DNA from: an uncultured archaeon
GTDB lineage: Archaea; Asgardarchaeota; Lokiarchaeia; Sigyniarchaeales; SOKP01
Direction: 5' to 3'
Length of the DNA stretch: 64,000 nucleotides
Assembly: GCA_964486045.1 (NCBI GenBank)
Contig: CAZALK010000012.1
Coordinates: forward strand, 64,001 to 128,000
Every line of letters starts with the position of its first letter. Position 1 is the stretch's first letter. Of this stretch, positions 10,616-22,028 are shown piece by piece. The position numbers and the translations under genes were made by a program. The notes under the pieces are model-generated. The model was not told where the DNA came from and ran no database searches. It worked only from the letters and a program-made list of their open reading frames with translations.

Positions 10616-12700
10616 TTAGATGATTTTACGATACTCAAATTCCCATGACTTCTTAACAAATAGAGAATCATTAATTGTATCATAAATTATTTCTCTTTCA
10701 CTCAAACCTCCCAGATCTTCAGCTTCTATCTTAATTTCTAATAGTTGTAATTCATTTTTTACCGTATCAATATTTTCTTGATAAGTCATGTCATAATCTA
10801 AAAATAACTTAGCTCCACCGATGATTAATGCCTTTATATCATCTCTATTCGCACCATTGTACAGTAAGTTATTAAATAAATCTTTGACAGACGTATCAAC
10901 AAAGGTGTGAGGAAAAATTAAGTGATATCCTTGCTTTGAAGCTGATGAACTCGGTAATGATATGTGAGAGATAGCAAAAACATTATTTTTGGGATCTCTT
11001 AAAATTAAACCAATACCAGAACCTAAACCTTTTATTCTAAATTTTGTTGCTGTATTGCTTTTATCGAAGGAATGTATTAAGCTATAATAACCCCTCTGGA
11101 TAGTTAATTCTTTTTTGTCTGAAGACTTTTCTACTCTATCGATTCTTTTTTCTTCATATAGGGAAAAATCTTCTTCCTCCTGGTTAGAACTCTCTAATTT
11201 CTTCGAGCTATTTTTTATACGAAGCTCTTGTTGAAGCTTTTTCTTAGAATACTGCTCCATTTTCGATAAACGTTTTTCTAATTGTTCTTCCCTCTGATTT
11301 AGATTTCTCTCTCTTTGCTCAATTTGCCTTGTGATGCGTTCTAATACTAACAAACGATTCGTGACTTCTTGTTCTTTCTCTTTTGTCTGAAAAATGAGAT
11401 TCTTTACGGCTATTTTTTCACTTTCCAAAATTTTACATTGTTCTTCTAAATATTTTAACTTCTCATCGATCCCATTTTCTCTTTGATTTAAAAGTATTTC
11501 TCGTTGAATTAATTTGTTCTTTTGTTTTTTAACTGGATCTCCTTCAACTTCTAAATGATGAATAAGATTGACTTTAGGTGTTTTATCCTTAATTCCGTTA
11601 TTAACTACTATTCCGGTGATCCTAACTTCTGCAGGTTCAATATGTGGTTTTATTTCTAAGTCTTCTAATTTCTTCCTATTTTTTAGTTCTTCATTATCTA
11701 ATATGATTTCGGTCGGTTTAATGGATTTAAATGTACTTTTAGGCTTCTTCCTTACTTTCCGTACAGTGCGATTTTTGGAAATTGTATCTTTTTTAGTTGT
11801 TCCCTTTATTTTCTGTTTTTTAAATAATGAAATTATTAAATTTTTATAAGATTCTGTCGTATCAGATAAGTTTTTAATATAAAAATGATCTCTAATACTG
11901 ACAGATTTAAAACTAAAATTTTTCTTTGGTATATTCTCAGAACCTCCTAAAACTAATAAGCCCCCATCATGCATTCGCTTATTTATATTTCTAAGTAAGT
12001 TTTCACGAGCAAAGCTATTAATATAAATAAAGAAATTCCTACAAAAAATTGAGTCATATACGTTATTTTTTTTATGCCCTTTAATAATATCTTCTTGAAT
12101 TAGTTCAACTTTGCTCATAACATCTTTGCTAAGCGTGTATTTTGGACCAAATTCAGTAATCTCCTTTGAAAAATAAGTGTTTAAATAATGCTCTGGCATT
12201 TCATGTACTGCATATTCCCCATAAAATCCATCTTCCGCAATTTTAAGAGCATTTACATCAATATCAGATGCGTATATTTTAAAATCAGGAAAATTCTTAC
12301 TATTTTTTACCAAATTGTCTAATATCATCGCGAGGGTATAGGGTTCATCGCCTGTAGCGCACGGACAAGACCAAATCTTAAGAAATTTCGTTTTATTTTC
12401 TTTTACATAAAATTTAATAAACTTCTCAAAATTCTGAAACACATTTAGATTTCTGAAAAAATAAGTATAATTAATTGTAAATTTATCTAAGAATAAATCA
12501 CCCTCTATTGGGTTTTTATAAATGTAATCAATGTAATCTTGATAGCATTCAAGGTGAAGATAATTCATACGAAAACTAATTCGCTTCTCGATGAATTGCC
12601 TCTGATATTGATCAAATTTCAGCCCCGTGGCTTCTTTTAGTTTCTCAATCAGAGCGTCAATAGAAGTCGACTTGAATGCTGATGGGTTAGTTAGAGAAAT
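10616..12700 (-). CDS. CheR methyltransferase - coiled coil - CheD-like fusion (ORF track start 12568; probable true start ATT at 12700)
   Basis: CheR motifs TINYTYFFR, IWSCPCATGDEPY, IFCRN; CheD motifs GLGSG, SHISLP, GGAK, AEDLGG. CheR N-terminal homology continues in frame upstream of 12568. Confidence 0.85.
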   Translation of the reverse strand: MSLTNPSAFKSTSIDALIEKLKEATGLKFDQYQRQFIEKRISFRMNYLHLECYQDYIDYIYKNPIEGDLFLDKFTINYTYFFRNLNVFQNFEKFIKFYVKENKTKFLKIWSCPCATGDEPYTLAMILDNLVKNSKNFPDFKIYASDIDVNALKIAEDGFYGEYAVHEMPEHYLNTYFSKEITEFGPKYTLSKDVMSKVELIQEDIIKGHKKNNVYDSIFCRNFFIYINSFARENLLRNINKRMHDGGLLVLGGSENIPKKNFSFKSVSIRDHFYIKNLSDTTESYKNLIISLFKKQKIKGTTKKDTISKNRTVRKVRKKPKSTFKSIKPTEIILDNEELKNRKKLEDLEIKPHIEPAEVRITGIVVNNGIKDKTPKVNLIHHLEVEGDPVKKQKNKLIQREILLNQRENGIDEKLKYLEEQCKILESEKIAVKNLIFQTKEKEQEVTNRLLVLERITRQIEQRERNLNQREEQLEKRLSKMEQYSKKKLQQELRIKNSSKKLESSNQEEEDFSLYEEKRIDRVEKSSDKKELTIQRGYYSLIHSFDKSNTATKFRIKGLGSGIGLILRDPKNNVFAISHISLPSSSASKQGYHLIFPHTFVDTSVKDLFNNLLYNGANRDDIKALIIGGAKLFLDYDMTYQENIDTVKNELQLLEIKIEAEDLGGLSEREIIYDTINDSLFVKKSWEFEYRKII

Positions 12701-12843
12701 TTTTTTACACCAAAACTCTTATGATTGTAATTTTTTACTCTAGGATAATAAGATTTTAATTATTTTTAATTTTTTGTAATAAAAAAATGTGTTATCAGAT
12801 GTTACGTAATAAAAAAACTAAGATTTGTGGTAAAAATTAGAAG

Positions 12844-13587
12844 TTAATTAAAAGAGATAAATCCCATTTTTACAAGATTTTTGCATATATTATAGACTTT
12901 CCTTTGCTCTATATTTAATTTTTTTGTAAGAATATCGATGGTCCTCTTTCCATCAATATTTTCAAATATCCTAATTGAAGTATCTCCTGTTAAGTAATTT
13001 TTTGCATTAATAGAACTAGATCCTACGAAGCTTGGTATAATATTATAATATTCTGGATTTGGTTTATTTTCTTCTGTGCTTTCTCTTATTTTTACTCTAT
13101 TGTCTGTTTCAAAACTCGTTAGCCAATCAAATGCTTTTTCGTCATCATGATTCTGGTTTTTTATCTCTTCTTCATTGATTTGTTGTTCGATTATACTTTC
13201 AAATGATTTAAAGTTATCTAATTTCCCATTCCAAGTTGCAATTTGATTTAAATTAAAAGTTCCTAAAAAGAGTGCTGAAATTTGTTTTAAAAATCTCTGG
13301 ACACTCTTCAGATCTGAATCTTTATCAAATGTGGCAAGGAAAATTAAATCAGAAATGTTTGAATCTTTTAAAAAAGACAATTTTAAATTATTATTTGAAA
13401 GTTTTAACTCACTAATCGTTCCTAAATCTTCAAATGAATCCGAAAACGAATTTAAAGCTGAAAAAAAACCAGAAATCATTATTAAGTTATCTAATTCTGA
13501 GAACATACTTTTGACTTTAGAAGAATTAGAAAAGCTCTTAGATAATAAAGGTAATCCGTCTTTTATAATCAAAACATCGCAAATCAT
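12844..13587 (-). CDS. Longin-like domain protein with C-terminal wHTH
   Basis: N-terminal IIKDGLPLLSK...MISGFFSALNSFS pattern typical of Asgard longin-like domains; C-terminal IDGKRTI...LVKMGFI wHTH. Confidence 0.65.
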   Translation of the reverse strand: MICDVLIIKDGLPLLSKSFSNSSKVKSMFSELDNLIMISGFFSALNSFSDSFEDLGTISELKLSNNNLKLSFLKDSNISDLIFLATFDKDSDLKSVQRFLKQISALFLGTFNLNQIATWNGKLDNFKSFESIIEQQINEEEIKNQNHDDEKAFDWLTSFETDNRVKIRESTEENKPNPEYYNIIPSFVGSSSINAKNYLTGDTSIRIFENIDGKRTIDILTKKLNIEQRKVYNICKNLVKMGFISFN

Positions 13588-13795
13588 TAATCTCAGCCAA
13601 ATCGGTTGGGTCTAATCAGTCCAGTTGAAACTGCTCTACAATATTAATATAATCTAATTAAATTGAAAAAAAAAGAATTATAATACTTCAGTGATACTCA
13701 AATAATATAATTGTTACCACGGATAGAAAAAGTTCTCAAAAAATCGATTAAAGTTCCTAGTGAAGAAGCTTTGGTAAGAATAACAAATAAAGGAG

Positions 13796-14542
13796 TTGTA
13801 TGTTGTGAAAGCAATTATTCTATGCGCGGGTTTTGGAAAACGTTTAAAGCCTTATACTGATGAATACCAAAAAACAATGATTCCTGTTCATGGTAAGCCA
13901 CTAATGGAATACATTGTAAATGGTTTAATCATAGCAGGTTTTAAAAAATTAATTATTGTCGTGGGTTACTTAAAGGAGCAAATTATTGATTACTTTCAAA
14001 GTGGAAATAAATGGGGAATTAATATTGAATATGTTGAGCAAATAGAAACGAATGGTACCGGAGGAGCTTTACTATTATGTAAGGATTTGATAAAGGACAG
14101 TCATTTTTTTTTAACTTGGGGAGATATTCTAGTTCCATATAATGTTTATAAAGAAGTTATTGAGATATTCAAAAAAGAAAATCAAGATTACGTATTGGTA
14201 ACAAATTATACAGATGATCCTTATAAAGGTGGAGCAGTTGATTGTAAAGGAAAATATTGTATCGAGGTAAAAGAAAAACCAACTAAAGGTAAATCAAGTT
14301 CTAATCTTAATAATTGTGGAATTTTCATTTTTTCAAAAAAAGTATTTGATGTGTTAATACAGTTAAAACCATCAGTAAGAGGGGAAATTGAAATAACAGA
14401 AGCAATTAATTATGGTATCCTTAAGCAAAACTGGAAGGTCCGTGTTATTAAAATGGATAGAGATCAATTTCGGGGAGATTTCGGGGATAAAAACGTATAT
14501 GAGCTATTGAATAAAGATTCCAATTGGTTAAAAAAGCTATAA
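13796..14542 (+). CDS. Sugar-phosphate nucleotidyltransferase
   Basis: ILCAGFGKRLKP, GTGGAL, EKP and RGEIEITEA motifs. Confidence 0.9.
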   Translation: MYVVKAIILCAGFGKRLKPYTDEYQKTMIPVHGKPLMEYIVNGLIIAGFKKLIIVVGYLKEQIIDYFQSGNKWGINIEYVEQIETNGTGGALLLCKDLIKDSHFFLTWGDILVPYNVYKEVIEIFKKENQDYVLVTNYTDDPYKGGAVDCKGKYCIEVKEKPTKGKSSSNLNNCGIFIFSKKVFDVLIQLKPSVRGEIEITEAINYGILKQNWKVRVIKMDRDQFRGDFGDKNVYELLNKDSNWLKKL

Positions 14543-14761
14543 CGTTCTATTTCATAGTTGTTAATAATTAAACTTTAATTTATTATATCAATAAGATTTT
14601 TTTTTTCTAACTTATTTTTATTTCTTTTAAAAATTTTTTTTACATATCCATTACTTAGTTATTTTAAGCTAAAGGTTGATAATTTTAGGTGATAAACCAT
14701 TACAACACACGAGAACCGGAATAAAGATTTTATTTCAGAATCTGAAATTAAGGAAAAAAAT

Positions 14762-16201
14762 GTGCCTTTTGAAAGAAAAAACATCCCTTTTGATTATTTA
14801 TTTGAGCCTCGAGCTATAATAGTAGTTGGTGTAAGTACAAAAAGGGGTTGGGGAGGAAGTCATTATTTGGAACTTCTTAAAGAATATGAATATTCTGGGG
14901 CAGTTTATCCAGTAAATCCAAAGTATGAGGGCGAAGAAATTCAGGGGTACAAAGTTTCCGGGTCTATTTCTTCTTTACCAGTTGATCCACCGATTGATCT
15001 TGGAATTATAGCAGTTCCTGCAAGAGCAACTCCCCAAATAGTCGAGGATTTAGGACAAAAAGGAGTTTTATTTGCTCATATTTTTTCGAGTGGTTTTTCA
15101 GAACTTGGTGATGAAGGAAAAAAGCTTGAACAAGAACTTATAGAAAGAGCAAAAAAGGGCCACATTAGGATTCTCGGACCAAACTGTATGGGTATTTATA
15201 GTCCAAAAGGGAGGATCGCCTTTACACATAGGCTTCCACTGACGGCAGGACCCGTGGCATTTATAAGTCAATCAGGGGGACTAGCAAGTAGACATTCCCA
15301 TATTGGAATGATTAATGGATATAGATTTTCAAAAATAGTCTCCGTTGGTAATCAAATTGACATTGATTTATACGATTTATTAAATTACTTTAGAACTGAT
15401 CCAGAAACTAAAATTATCTCAATGTATATAGAAAATTTAAAAAGAAGTGGAAATGCTTTCGTTCAACTTTTAAAAAAAACCACTAAAGAAAAACCAGTTA
15501 TTATATGGAAAGGTGGCAAATTAAAAGCAGGTCATGGTGCAGTAATGAGCCATACTGGTGGCTTAGCAGGTAGTATAAAACTATGGAGGGCAATGGCAAA
15601 ACAAACTGGGGCTATTCTTGTAAATACTTTCGAGGAATTAACTGAGATGATTCAAGCTTGCTTACACTTTAAGATCCCTAAAACTCTTGGTACTGCTATT
15701 CTAACCGGAGGTGGTGGTCCCGCGGTGGAAATGACCGATGAATGTGAAGCTTATGGACTTGAAGTACCGAAAATAACCATAAAAGCCCAAAGGTTGATAA
15801 GTGAGTTTATTCCAGAAGTAAATTCAAATTTATCTAACCCATTAGAATTTGGGGCAAATGGTGGACATCAAAATTCAATTAAAGTTATAAAAATTCTTGA
15901 TAATGAACCTCAAATCTCTTCAATAATGACCACAAACAATCCTGAAAGGTATACCGCTCGAGGATTAAGTATAGATGAGGTTGTAAATAGTCTTGCTGAT
16001 GCATTATCACCAAATTCAGATAAAAACCTCATTAGTATACATACGTCATTTGGGCAACGAAAAGAAACTATTGATGCAGTAAATGAGTTTTATTCAAAAG
16101 CTAAAAAAAAAGGAATAATGATCTATAAATCTGTTGGTGCCGCAGCGAAATGCATCTATCGTTTATGGACTTATGGAAAATTTTTAAATAACAAAAATTA
16201 A
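14762..16201 (+). CDS. NDP-forming acyl-CoA synthetase alpha subunit
   Basis: CoA-binding N-terminus, GPNCMG, SQSGG, SHTGGLAG phospho-His motif and NPLE. Confidence 0.9.
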   Translation: MPFERKNIPFDYLFEPRAIIVVGVSTKRGWGGSHYLELLKEYEYSGAVYPVNPKYEGEEIQGYKVSGSISSLPVDPPIDLGIIAVPARATPQIVEDLGQKGVLFAHIFSSGFSELGDEGKKLEQELIERAKKGHIRILGPNCMGIYSPKGRIAFTHRLPLTAGPVAFISQSGGLASRHSHIGMINGYRFSKIVSVGNQIDIDLYDLLNYFRTDPETKIISMYIENLKRSGNAFVQLLKKTTKEKPVIIWKGGKLKAGHGAVMSHTGGLAGSIKLWRAMAKQTGAILVNTFEELTEMIQACLHFKIPKTLGTAILTGGGGPAVEMTDECEAYGLEVPKITIKAQRLISEFIPEVNSNLSNPLEFGANGGHQNSIKVIKILDNEPQISSIMTTNNPERYTARGLSIDEVVNSLADALSPNSDKNLISIHTSFGQRKETIDAVNEFYSKAKKKGIMIYKSVGAAAKCIYRLWTYGKFLNNKN

Positions 16202-16985
16202 CTTTAAGCTAAAAGTTGCGTATCCTTTTATTTGTCGAATTTTTACAGATTTTAACTCATCTTTTTGTTAGTGCAATATTCTATTTCTAATGGTATTTTT
16301 CCATAACCTTTTTATATTATTGAAAAATTCCACATCGCTACCTAGGAATTAATATATTCTCAAAATTGTATAAATCAAACGTATTATTTTTTAATATGTT
16401 CTCCCCAGTATTATACAAATGTTCCTCATTCCCACTAAATTACGAGAGGCTCTTTTTATAAATACTTACTTAATTTCAATTAGATCAAATTTAAATTTCT
16501 CCGAGATGAGGCATAATTTCAAAGGGATTTATTGATAAAGAACTCACTGAAATAGGGATAGAGAAGTATACCCCGAAATCAAGACTCCTCAACGATGACG
16601 CTCAGGCCAAAAATATAAATATAAAATTAGAAACAGTCTCTAATAAAATTAAACAGTTAGATTCGAATGATTTCCCTATCGAAAGTGATAATTTTCCATT
16701 CATATCTTTTAAACTAAATCCTAATGAAGCAGAAGAAGAATATCTTTCAATATCAAATGATATCCATTCAATTTTATCAAATTTTCCTGATCTTACTAAT
16801 AATCAGAAGTTAGATTATTGTAATAACCAAAGATATTTCATGAAGTTGTATCTGAAGGAAATCCTAATAAAAATCAATAAAAACTAATGGTGTAGAAGGA
16901 ATTTCTTTTGAAGTTTCTTTTAAAACGCAATTCAATTGAGATTTTTAAAAATAAGAGAAGAAAAAATAAATAAATTAATTATTAT

Positions 16986-17699
16986 TTATGTTTTAAGACC
17001 TAACCACATCCATAAACTGAATGTTGCCATCAATACTCTCACAAAACCAATAGCTAAAGGTATAGTAAGTATTGAATCTAGTGCACCGCAGACTACAAAA
17101 AGTATAAACCCTATCGATAAATATGTAAACTTTCTCCTCAATTGTCCTGTGGATTGTTTCGCTTTTATTGCAAATCCAATCCCTAAGAAAAATAATGCGG
17201 CAATTAAGAATATTCCAACCATTATAAATGTCGGATGAAGACGAACAAAACTTGCATCAATTAAATCTTCACCGGGCAAAAATCCAGGGTCTGTATCCAC
17301 GTTCCAAGTAAATGAATCGGTTGTTTGAAACCATAAAAAGTATTCAAATATTACACCCAATACTACAAAAATCCCCACTAAAATCCATTTTCTTTTTGGA
17401 AAAATAAGTTCACCACCAAGATAAATCGCAAAGATTAAAGCGGGAGCAACCCACAGATAGCTTAATAAGGAATATACTGGGTGAGGAGTAATATTTGCAC
17501 CCGTCAATAAAACCGTAAACAAATCAACTGTTGGACCAAGCCATAAAAAGCCAACGAAAATCATTGCGATGCCTGCAACAGAAAGAAGCTTTGCTTTCAA
17601 TTTTATTGATTTATATAATGATATTAACCCAAAACTTACTGAAGAAAGAATAATAAGAGTTGCGGTTAACCCATCTATCCAGCCAGTAATAGAGACCAT
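16986..17699 (-). CDS. Multi-pass (about 7 TM) membrane protein
   Basis: Alternating hydrophobic segments; GGTG Shine-Dalgarno upstream. Confidence 0.75.
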   Translation of the reverse strand: MVSITGWIDGLTATLIILSSVSFGLISLYKSIKLKAKLLSVAGIAMIFVGFLWLGPTVDLFTVLLTGANITPHPVYSLLSYLWVAPALIFAIYLGGELIFPKRKWILVGIFVVLGVIFEYFLWFQTTDSFTWNVDTDPGFLPGEDLIDASFVRLHPTFIMVGIFLIAALFFLGIGFAIKAKQSTGQLRRKFTYLSIGFILFVVCGALDSILTIPLAIGFVRVLMATFSLWMWLGLKT

Positions 17700-17975
17700 T
17701 CTTTTTTACACCTAATTTAAAGTTTAAATTTCTAATTTTTAAAATTATATAATTATTTATTTTATTTTTATTTATAAATATAGTTTTTGAAGTAAAAGAG
17801 TTTAAAATATTTAGGTATTGCAATAAATTTCTATGATTGGGTGCGATTTTTGCTCTAGTTATTTTTGTATAGATAAATGATGCCCATCCTTGATTTTTGT
17901 CTTCATTTTCTATCCATAGCATGTATACTAACAAAATGCTAATATATTTGAGGGATATATGTGAAAGGATTTAGT

Positions 17976-19793
17976 CTATTGAGTGCGTTTTGATTGGATT
18001 TCTTGCAGAAACTCATAAGAATGATGTCTAAAATATGTATTATATAACCTGGCATAATAACCATTTTTTTGCAAAAGGTTTTCATGATTACCTTCCTCCA
18101 CGATCCTTCCATGATCCAGAACAATAATCCTATCAACATTCCTTACTGTTGTAAGTCTATGAGCAATAACTATTGTTGTTCTCCCCTCCATTACTTTTTC
18201 CATTGCTTCTTGAATCTGAACCTCAGTAAAAGGATCTACCATAGCTGTAGCTTCATCTAATATTAGGATTGACGGATTTTGCATTAAAACTCTAGCAAAT
18301 ACAACTAATTGCCGTTGTCCCATAGATAATACTTTTCCTCTCTCCAAAATAAAGGTATCTATACCATCATCAAGATTTTTAACCCATTCAATACCTCCTG
18401 ATTGTTTTAATGCCCAAATTACGTCTTCTTTCTTAGCATTTGGAGATCCGTATGTAATATTATTGGTAATAGTGTCTGCCCATAGAAAAGGAGTTTGAGG
18501 TATGAATCCTATACTTTGACGAAACTCTCTAAGGGAAATATCTCGAATACTATGGTCATCAATTCGAACATCGCCATCTTGAAACTCATATAAGCGTAGT
18601 AAAATCTTTGTTAAACTAGATTTACCTGCTCCCGTATGACCTACGATAGCAACTTTTTCACCAGGTTGTATTACCAAATTAAAATTTTTAAATATAGGTT
18701 TATCCGCTACATATTCAAATCCTAAATTATCAAATTCAATTTTACCTTTAATCTCATTTAAAACGAAATTTCCTTGTTTTATATAAGATTCAGAATCTTG
18801 AAGAGCGAAAATTCTTTCCGCTGCAGACAATCCTTCTTGAAACTGGGGCCAGAAGCCGGCAATTTGAAGCAACGGTTGGAATAAAACTAAAGAGCTTTGA
18901 AGAAATAAGTATATATCTGAACCACTTAGAACTCCTTGAATTATAAAATTACCCCCAAAAAAGACGAGTAAAGCATATAGAATAGCGATGAGAATGTCTA
19001 GGCTAGGGAAGAGTATTGATAAAAATAGAGCTCTACTCATATTTACTCGAAAGGATTGCTTATTTATAGCTTGAAAATTCTCAAATTGAGCATTTTCTTT
19101 TCGAAAACTCTTAATTATTTGAATACCTGCCATAGATTCTTGTACAAAAGCATTAACTTGTGCTAGGGAACGTTGGCCTAACAGAGACTTTCTTCTAGCA
19201 ACTTTACGAAAAGCTAGTGTAAATGTAAACACTAAGGGTACCATTAACATGAATATTCCAGTTAACAAAGGGTTTATAATAAGCATGGGGATGATAACAA
19301 TTATTAACACGAAAAATGAAGATATTAATTCAGTAAACATAGTAACTGAACCGCCAAATTTCTGTCCATCTGAATTTATCCTACTGACAATTCTTCCCGT
19401 CGGATATTTATCAAAAAAAGATAAATCTTGTTCCAGCACTCGCAAGTTTGTTTGCCTACGTAAATTGTAACATACTCTATAAACCATACGATTCCCTTGG
19501 CGTCTGTTAACATAGTTAAACACATATCCTAAAGAATTTAAGATAAAAATATTTATTAAGAAGATTAGAAGGAGGAAGGGATTCGATTCTAATTCTAATT
19601 GCTTAATAATTAAACTCATTAGGAAGGGAGTTAATCCATATGTCACTGATGAAAGACAAATAAAGGTAATTACAATTATCATAGAACGTCGATGAGGTTT
19701 AAACAATTTAATAACTCTTGTAAACAATTCTCTATCTGAGTAGACTCTATCATAGCCTTCTTCACCTAGTCCAAAAAACCCCATTTTAGACAT
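17976..19793 (-). CDS. ABC exporter, fused TMD-NBD subunit
   Basis: GHTGAGKS, LSMGQRQ, LILDEAT and IAHRL motifs. Confidence 0.93.
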   Translation of the reverse strand: MSKMGFFGLGEEGYDRVYSDRELFTRVIKLFKPHRRSMIIVITFICLSSVTYGLTPFLMSLIIKQLELESNPFLLLIFLINIFILNSLGYVFNYVNRRQGNRMVYRVCYNLRRQTNLRVLEQDLSFFDKYPTGRIVSRINSDGQKFGGSVTMFTELISSFFVLIIVIIPMLIINPLLTGIFMLMVPLVFTFTLAFRKVARRKSLLGQRSLAQVNAFVQESMAGIQIIKSFRKENAQFENFQAINKQSFRVNMSRALFLSILFPSLDILIAILYALLVFFGGNFIIQGVLSGSDIYLFLQSSLVLFQPLLQIAGFWPQFQEGLSAAERIFALQDSESYIKQGNFVLNEIKGKIEFDNLGFEYVADKPIFKNFNLVIQPGEKVAIVGHTGAGKSSLTKILLRLYEFQDGDVRIDDHSIRDISLREFRQSIGFIPQTPFLWADTITNNITYGSPNAKKEDVIWALKQSGGIEWVKNLDDGIDTFILERGKVLSMGQRQLVVFARVLMQNPSILILDEATAMVDPFTEVQIQEAMEKVMEGRTTIVIAHRLTTVRNVDRIIVLDHGRIVEEGNHENLLQKNGYYARLYNTYFRHHSYEFLQEIQSKRTQ

Positions 19794-19798
19794 TCTAA

Positions 19799-21640
19799 TT
19801 AATCTCCTCCTAAAAGTTCAGTTAACGTTTTATCAAAACGCTTAATAAAGATCTTTTGATATTCTCTTGAGTTTTTTAGTAAGTACTCATGCGATCCTTG
19901 ATTGACAATCTCACCTTGACTTAGTACGATAATTAAATCTGCCCATCTAATCTGAGAAAGCCTATGAGTTATGATAAATGTAGTTCTTCCACTTAAAATC
20001 TTGAAAATAGCCTCCTGAATTCTTTCTTCAGTTTCAGAATCTATTGAGGAGCTAGAATCATCCAATATTAATATTTTTGGATCTGTAAGGAAAGCACGGG
20101 CAATTGCAATTCGTTGACGTTCTCCTCCACTTAACTGTACTCCTCTTTCCCCAACCTCTGTATTATATTGGTCTGGCAGATTTTGTATAAATTCATGGGC
20201 TTGTGCTTCTTGAGCAACAGAAATTACTTGTTTCTCAGAGGAATCCCTCCCAAAAGCAATATTGTCGAAAATTGAATTTGAAAAAATAAAAATATCTTGC
20301 TCAATATATGCAATTTGGTCACGAAGAGATTTTAGAGAAAAATTTTTGACATCAGTCCCATCAATTAAAATTCGACCGTTATTAACATCATATAACCTTG
20401 ATATCAATTTAGTAAGTGTTGTTTTTCCAGAACCTGTTGTTCCTACTATTGCTACAGTCTGTCCCGCTGATACTTCAAAATTTATATTTTTTAGAACTTT
20501 ATTTTGAGTACCGGGATAAGAAAAGGAAAGATTCTCAAATTTTATATTCCCTTTTATTTTCTTAGATATTGCCCCATCAATATCATAAATCTCTGATTTC
20601 TTATTCATTAGTTCTAACAGTCTTCCTGCTCCTACAATTGCTTCTTGTACCATTAAAAATGACCTAATTGAAGCATTAACAGGGAAGCGTAAACGCAGTA
20701 ATAACCCTATAAAGCCTAATACATCACCAATAGACATAACACCAGATCTGTTATAAAAAATGCTGATAGTTAAACCCAATGTTATTGTGATTGAAAGAAA
20801 TAATATAGGAAGATATTTTGCTTGTATATCTCCCTGTTCTATACCCGCATCTCTATAATTAACAGCACTATCTTTATATTTTTCTACACTTTGCTCTTCC
20901 TGAGCCATAGATTTTACGACTTCTATTCCAGATAATGATTCATTTAATACAGTATTCATACTTCCAAAAGCAAGCCGTCTTTTAATTGTGGGTGGAGTTA
21001 ACTTCTTCAAAAACTTTCTTAGATATAATATGAATATGATGCTAAAAATAACAGGGATAAATACTAGTTCTATAGGATAATTAAAACCAATTAAATAAAC
21101 AGGAACAATTAAATTAATACTAGCATCTAAAATCATACCTAATGCAGGAGAAATTAAAAAGTTTAAAAATCTTACATCATTAGTTGCCCGAGCCATTAAA
21201 TCTCCAATACGTTGGGAATCATGGAACGATTGACTTTTGCCTAGCAAATTGAGGTAAAATTCTTTACGTACATCTCTTTCTATTCTTTGAGCAATAATTT
21301 CTCGAAAAGTTCTTCCTAACAATCCTGAAATTGGGCTTCCTAACCCTATAAATAAAACCAAAAGTGTATAATTAACCACCAAATGTGAGTTCCCTGGAGT
21401 AGCAAATATGTCTATTGCTTTTCCGATTATAACATAAAGGATAGACCCAAAATATGATGTTAATACGATAAAAGTAAAAAATAGAATAATGAGATATTTA
21501 TTAGACTTATTCACCATATGTTTAAGTATCCAAATTCTAACTCCCTTATGCCGAGAATTAAAAAAGTCATCTTTATCTAAATGAAATTCCGATTTATTTT
21601 TCAAAATAGAGTTCTGATTTTTTGTTTTCTGACTTTTCAA
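19799..21640 (-). CDS. ABC exporter, fused TMD-NBD subunit (heterodimer partner)
   Basis: GTTGSGKT, LSGGERQ and a degenerate Walker B LILDD, as in heterodimeric exporters. Confidence 0.93.
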   Translation of the reverse strand: MKSQKTKNQNSILKNKSEFHLDKDDFFNSRHKGVRIWILKHMVNKSNKYLIILFFTFIVLTSYFGSILYVIIGKAIDIFATPGNSHLVVNYTLLVLFIGLGSPISGLLGRTFREIIAQRIERDVRKEFYLNLLGKSQSFHDSQRIGDLMARATNDVRFLNFLISPALGMILDASINLIVPVYLIGFNYPIELVFIPVIFSIIFILYLRKFLKKLTPPTIKRRLAFGSMNTVLNESLSGIEVVKSMAQEEQSVEKYKDSAVNYRDAGIEQGDIQAKYLPILFLSITITLGLTISIFYNRSGVMSIGDVLGFIGLLLRLRFPVNASIRSFLMVQEAIVGAGRLLELMNKKSEIYDIDGAISKKIKGNIKFENLSFSYPGTQNKVLKNINFEVSAGQTVAIVGTTGSGKTTLTKLISRLYDVNNGRILIDGTDVKNFSLKSLRDQIAYIEQDIFIFSNSIFDNIAFGRDSSEKQVISVAQEAQAHEFIQNLPDQYNTEVGERGVQLSGGERQRIAIARAFLTDPKILILDDSSSSIDSETEERIQEAIFKILSGRTTFIITHRLSQIRWADLIIVLSQGEIVNQGSHEYLLKNSREYQKIFIKRFDKTLTELLGGD

Positions 21641-22028
21641 AAAGTAATATCCTCGTTTTAGTTTCCTTTTTGCACTTTTTAATATAAGAAAAGAAAAGAA
21701 GAAATTAAGTTTTTCTATTATTTTACTTTATGACTATCTTGGATATTAAGAAAGCAGAGATATTCACAAGATTTAACATTAGATGCTATTTTATCTTAAT
21801 AAGTTCAATTCTATTATCCATGTATTTTTCTCATTGCAAATATATTGGTCATAGATGATACGGATTTTATAGGTATCTTATTAGTAAACGAGTATCAAAG
21901 GTTAGGATATAGTCTAAAATTAGTAATTAGAGAGAGTTGTTATATCATTCCATTTGAAGAAATAAAAAAGATCGAATTGCTATAGGATTAACTCACAATC
22001 TATGAGATTAAAAATAATTAATTAATTT

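Noticed and set aside
13711-13860. 49-codon ORF overlapping the nucleotidyltransferase start
   Set aside because: Short, with no firm homology; at most a gene remnant.
16419-16888. Start-less open frame of about 120 codons (16517-16888) with a short upstream ORF in another frame
   Set aside because: No recognisable homology and no convincing BHB to join the frames; possibly a decayed gene, but unsupported.
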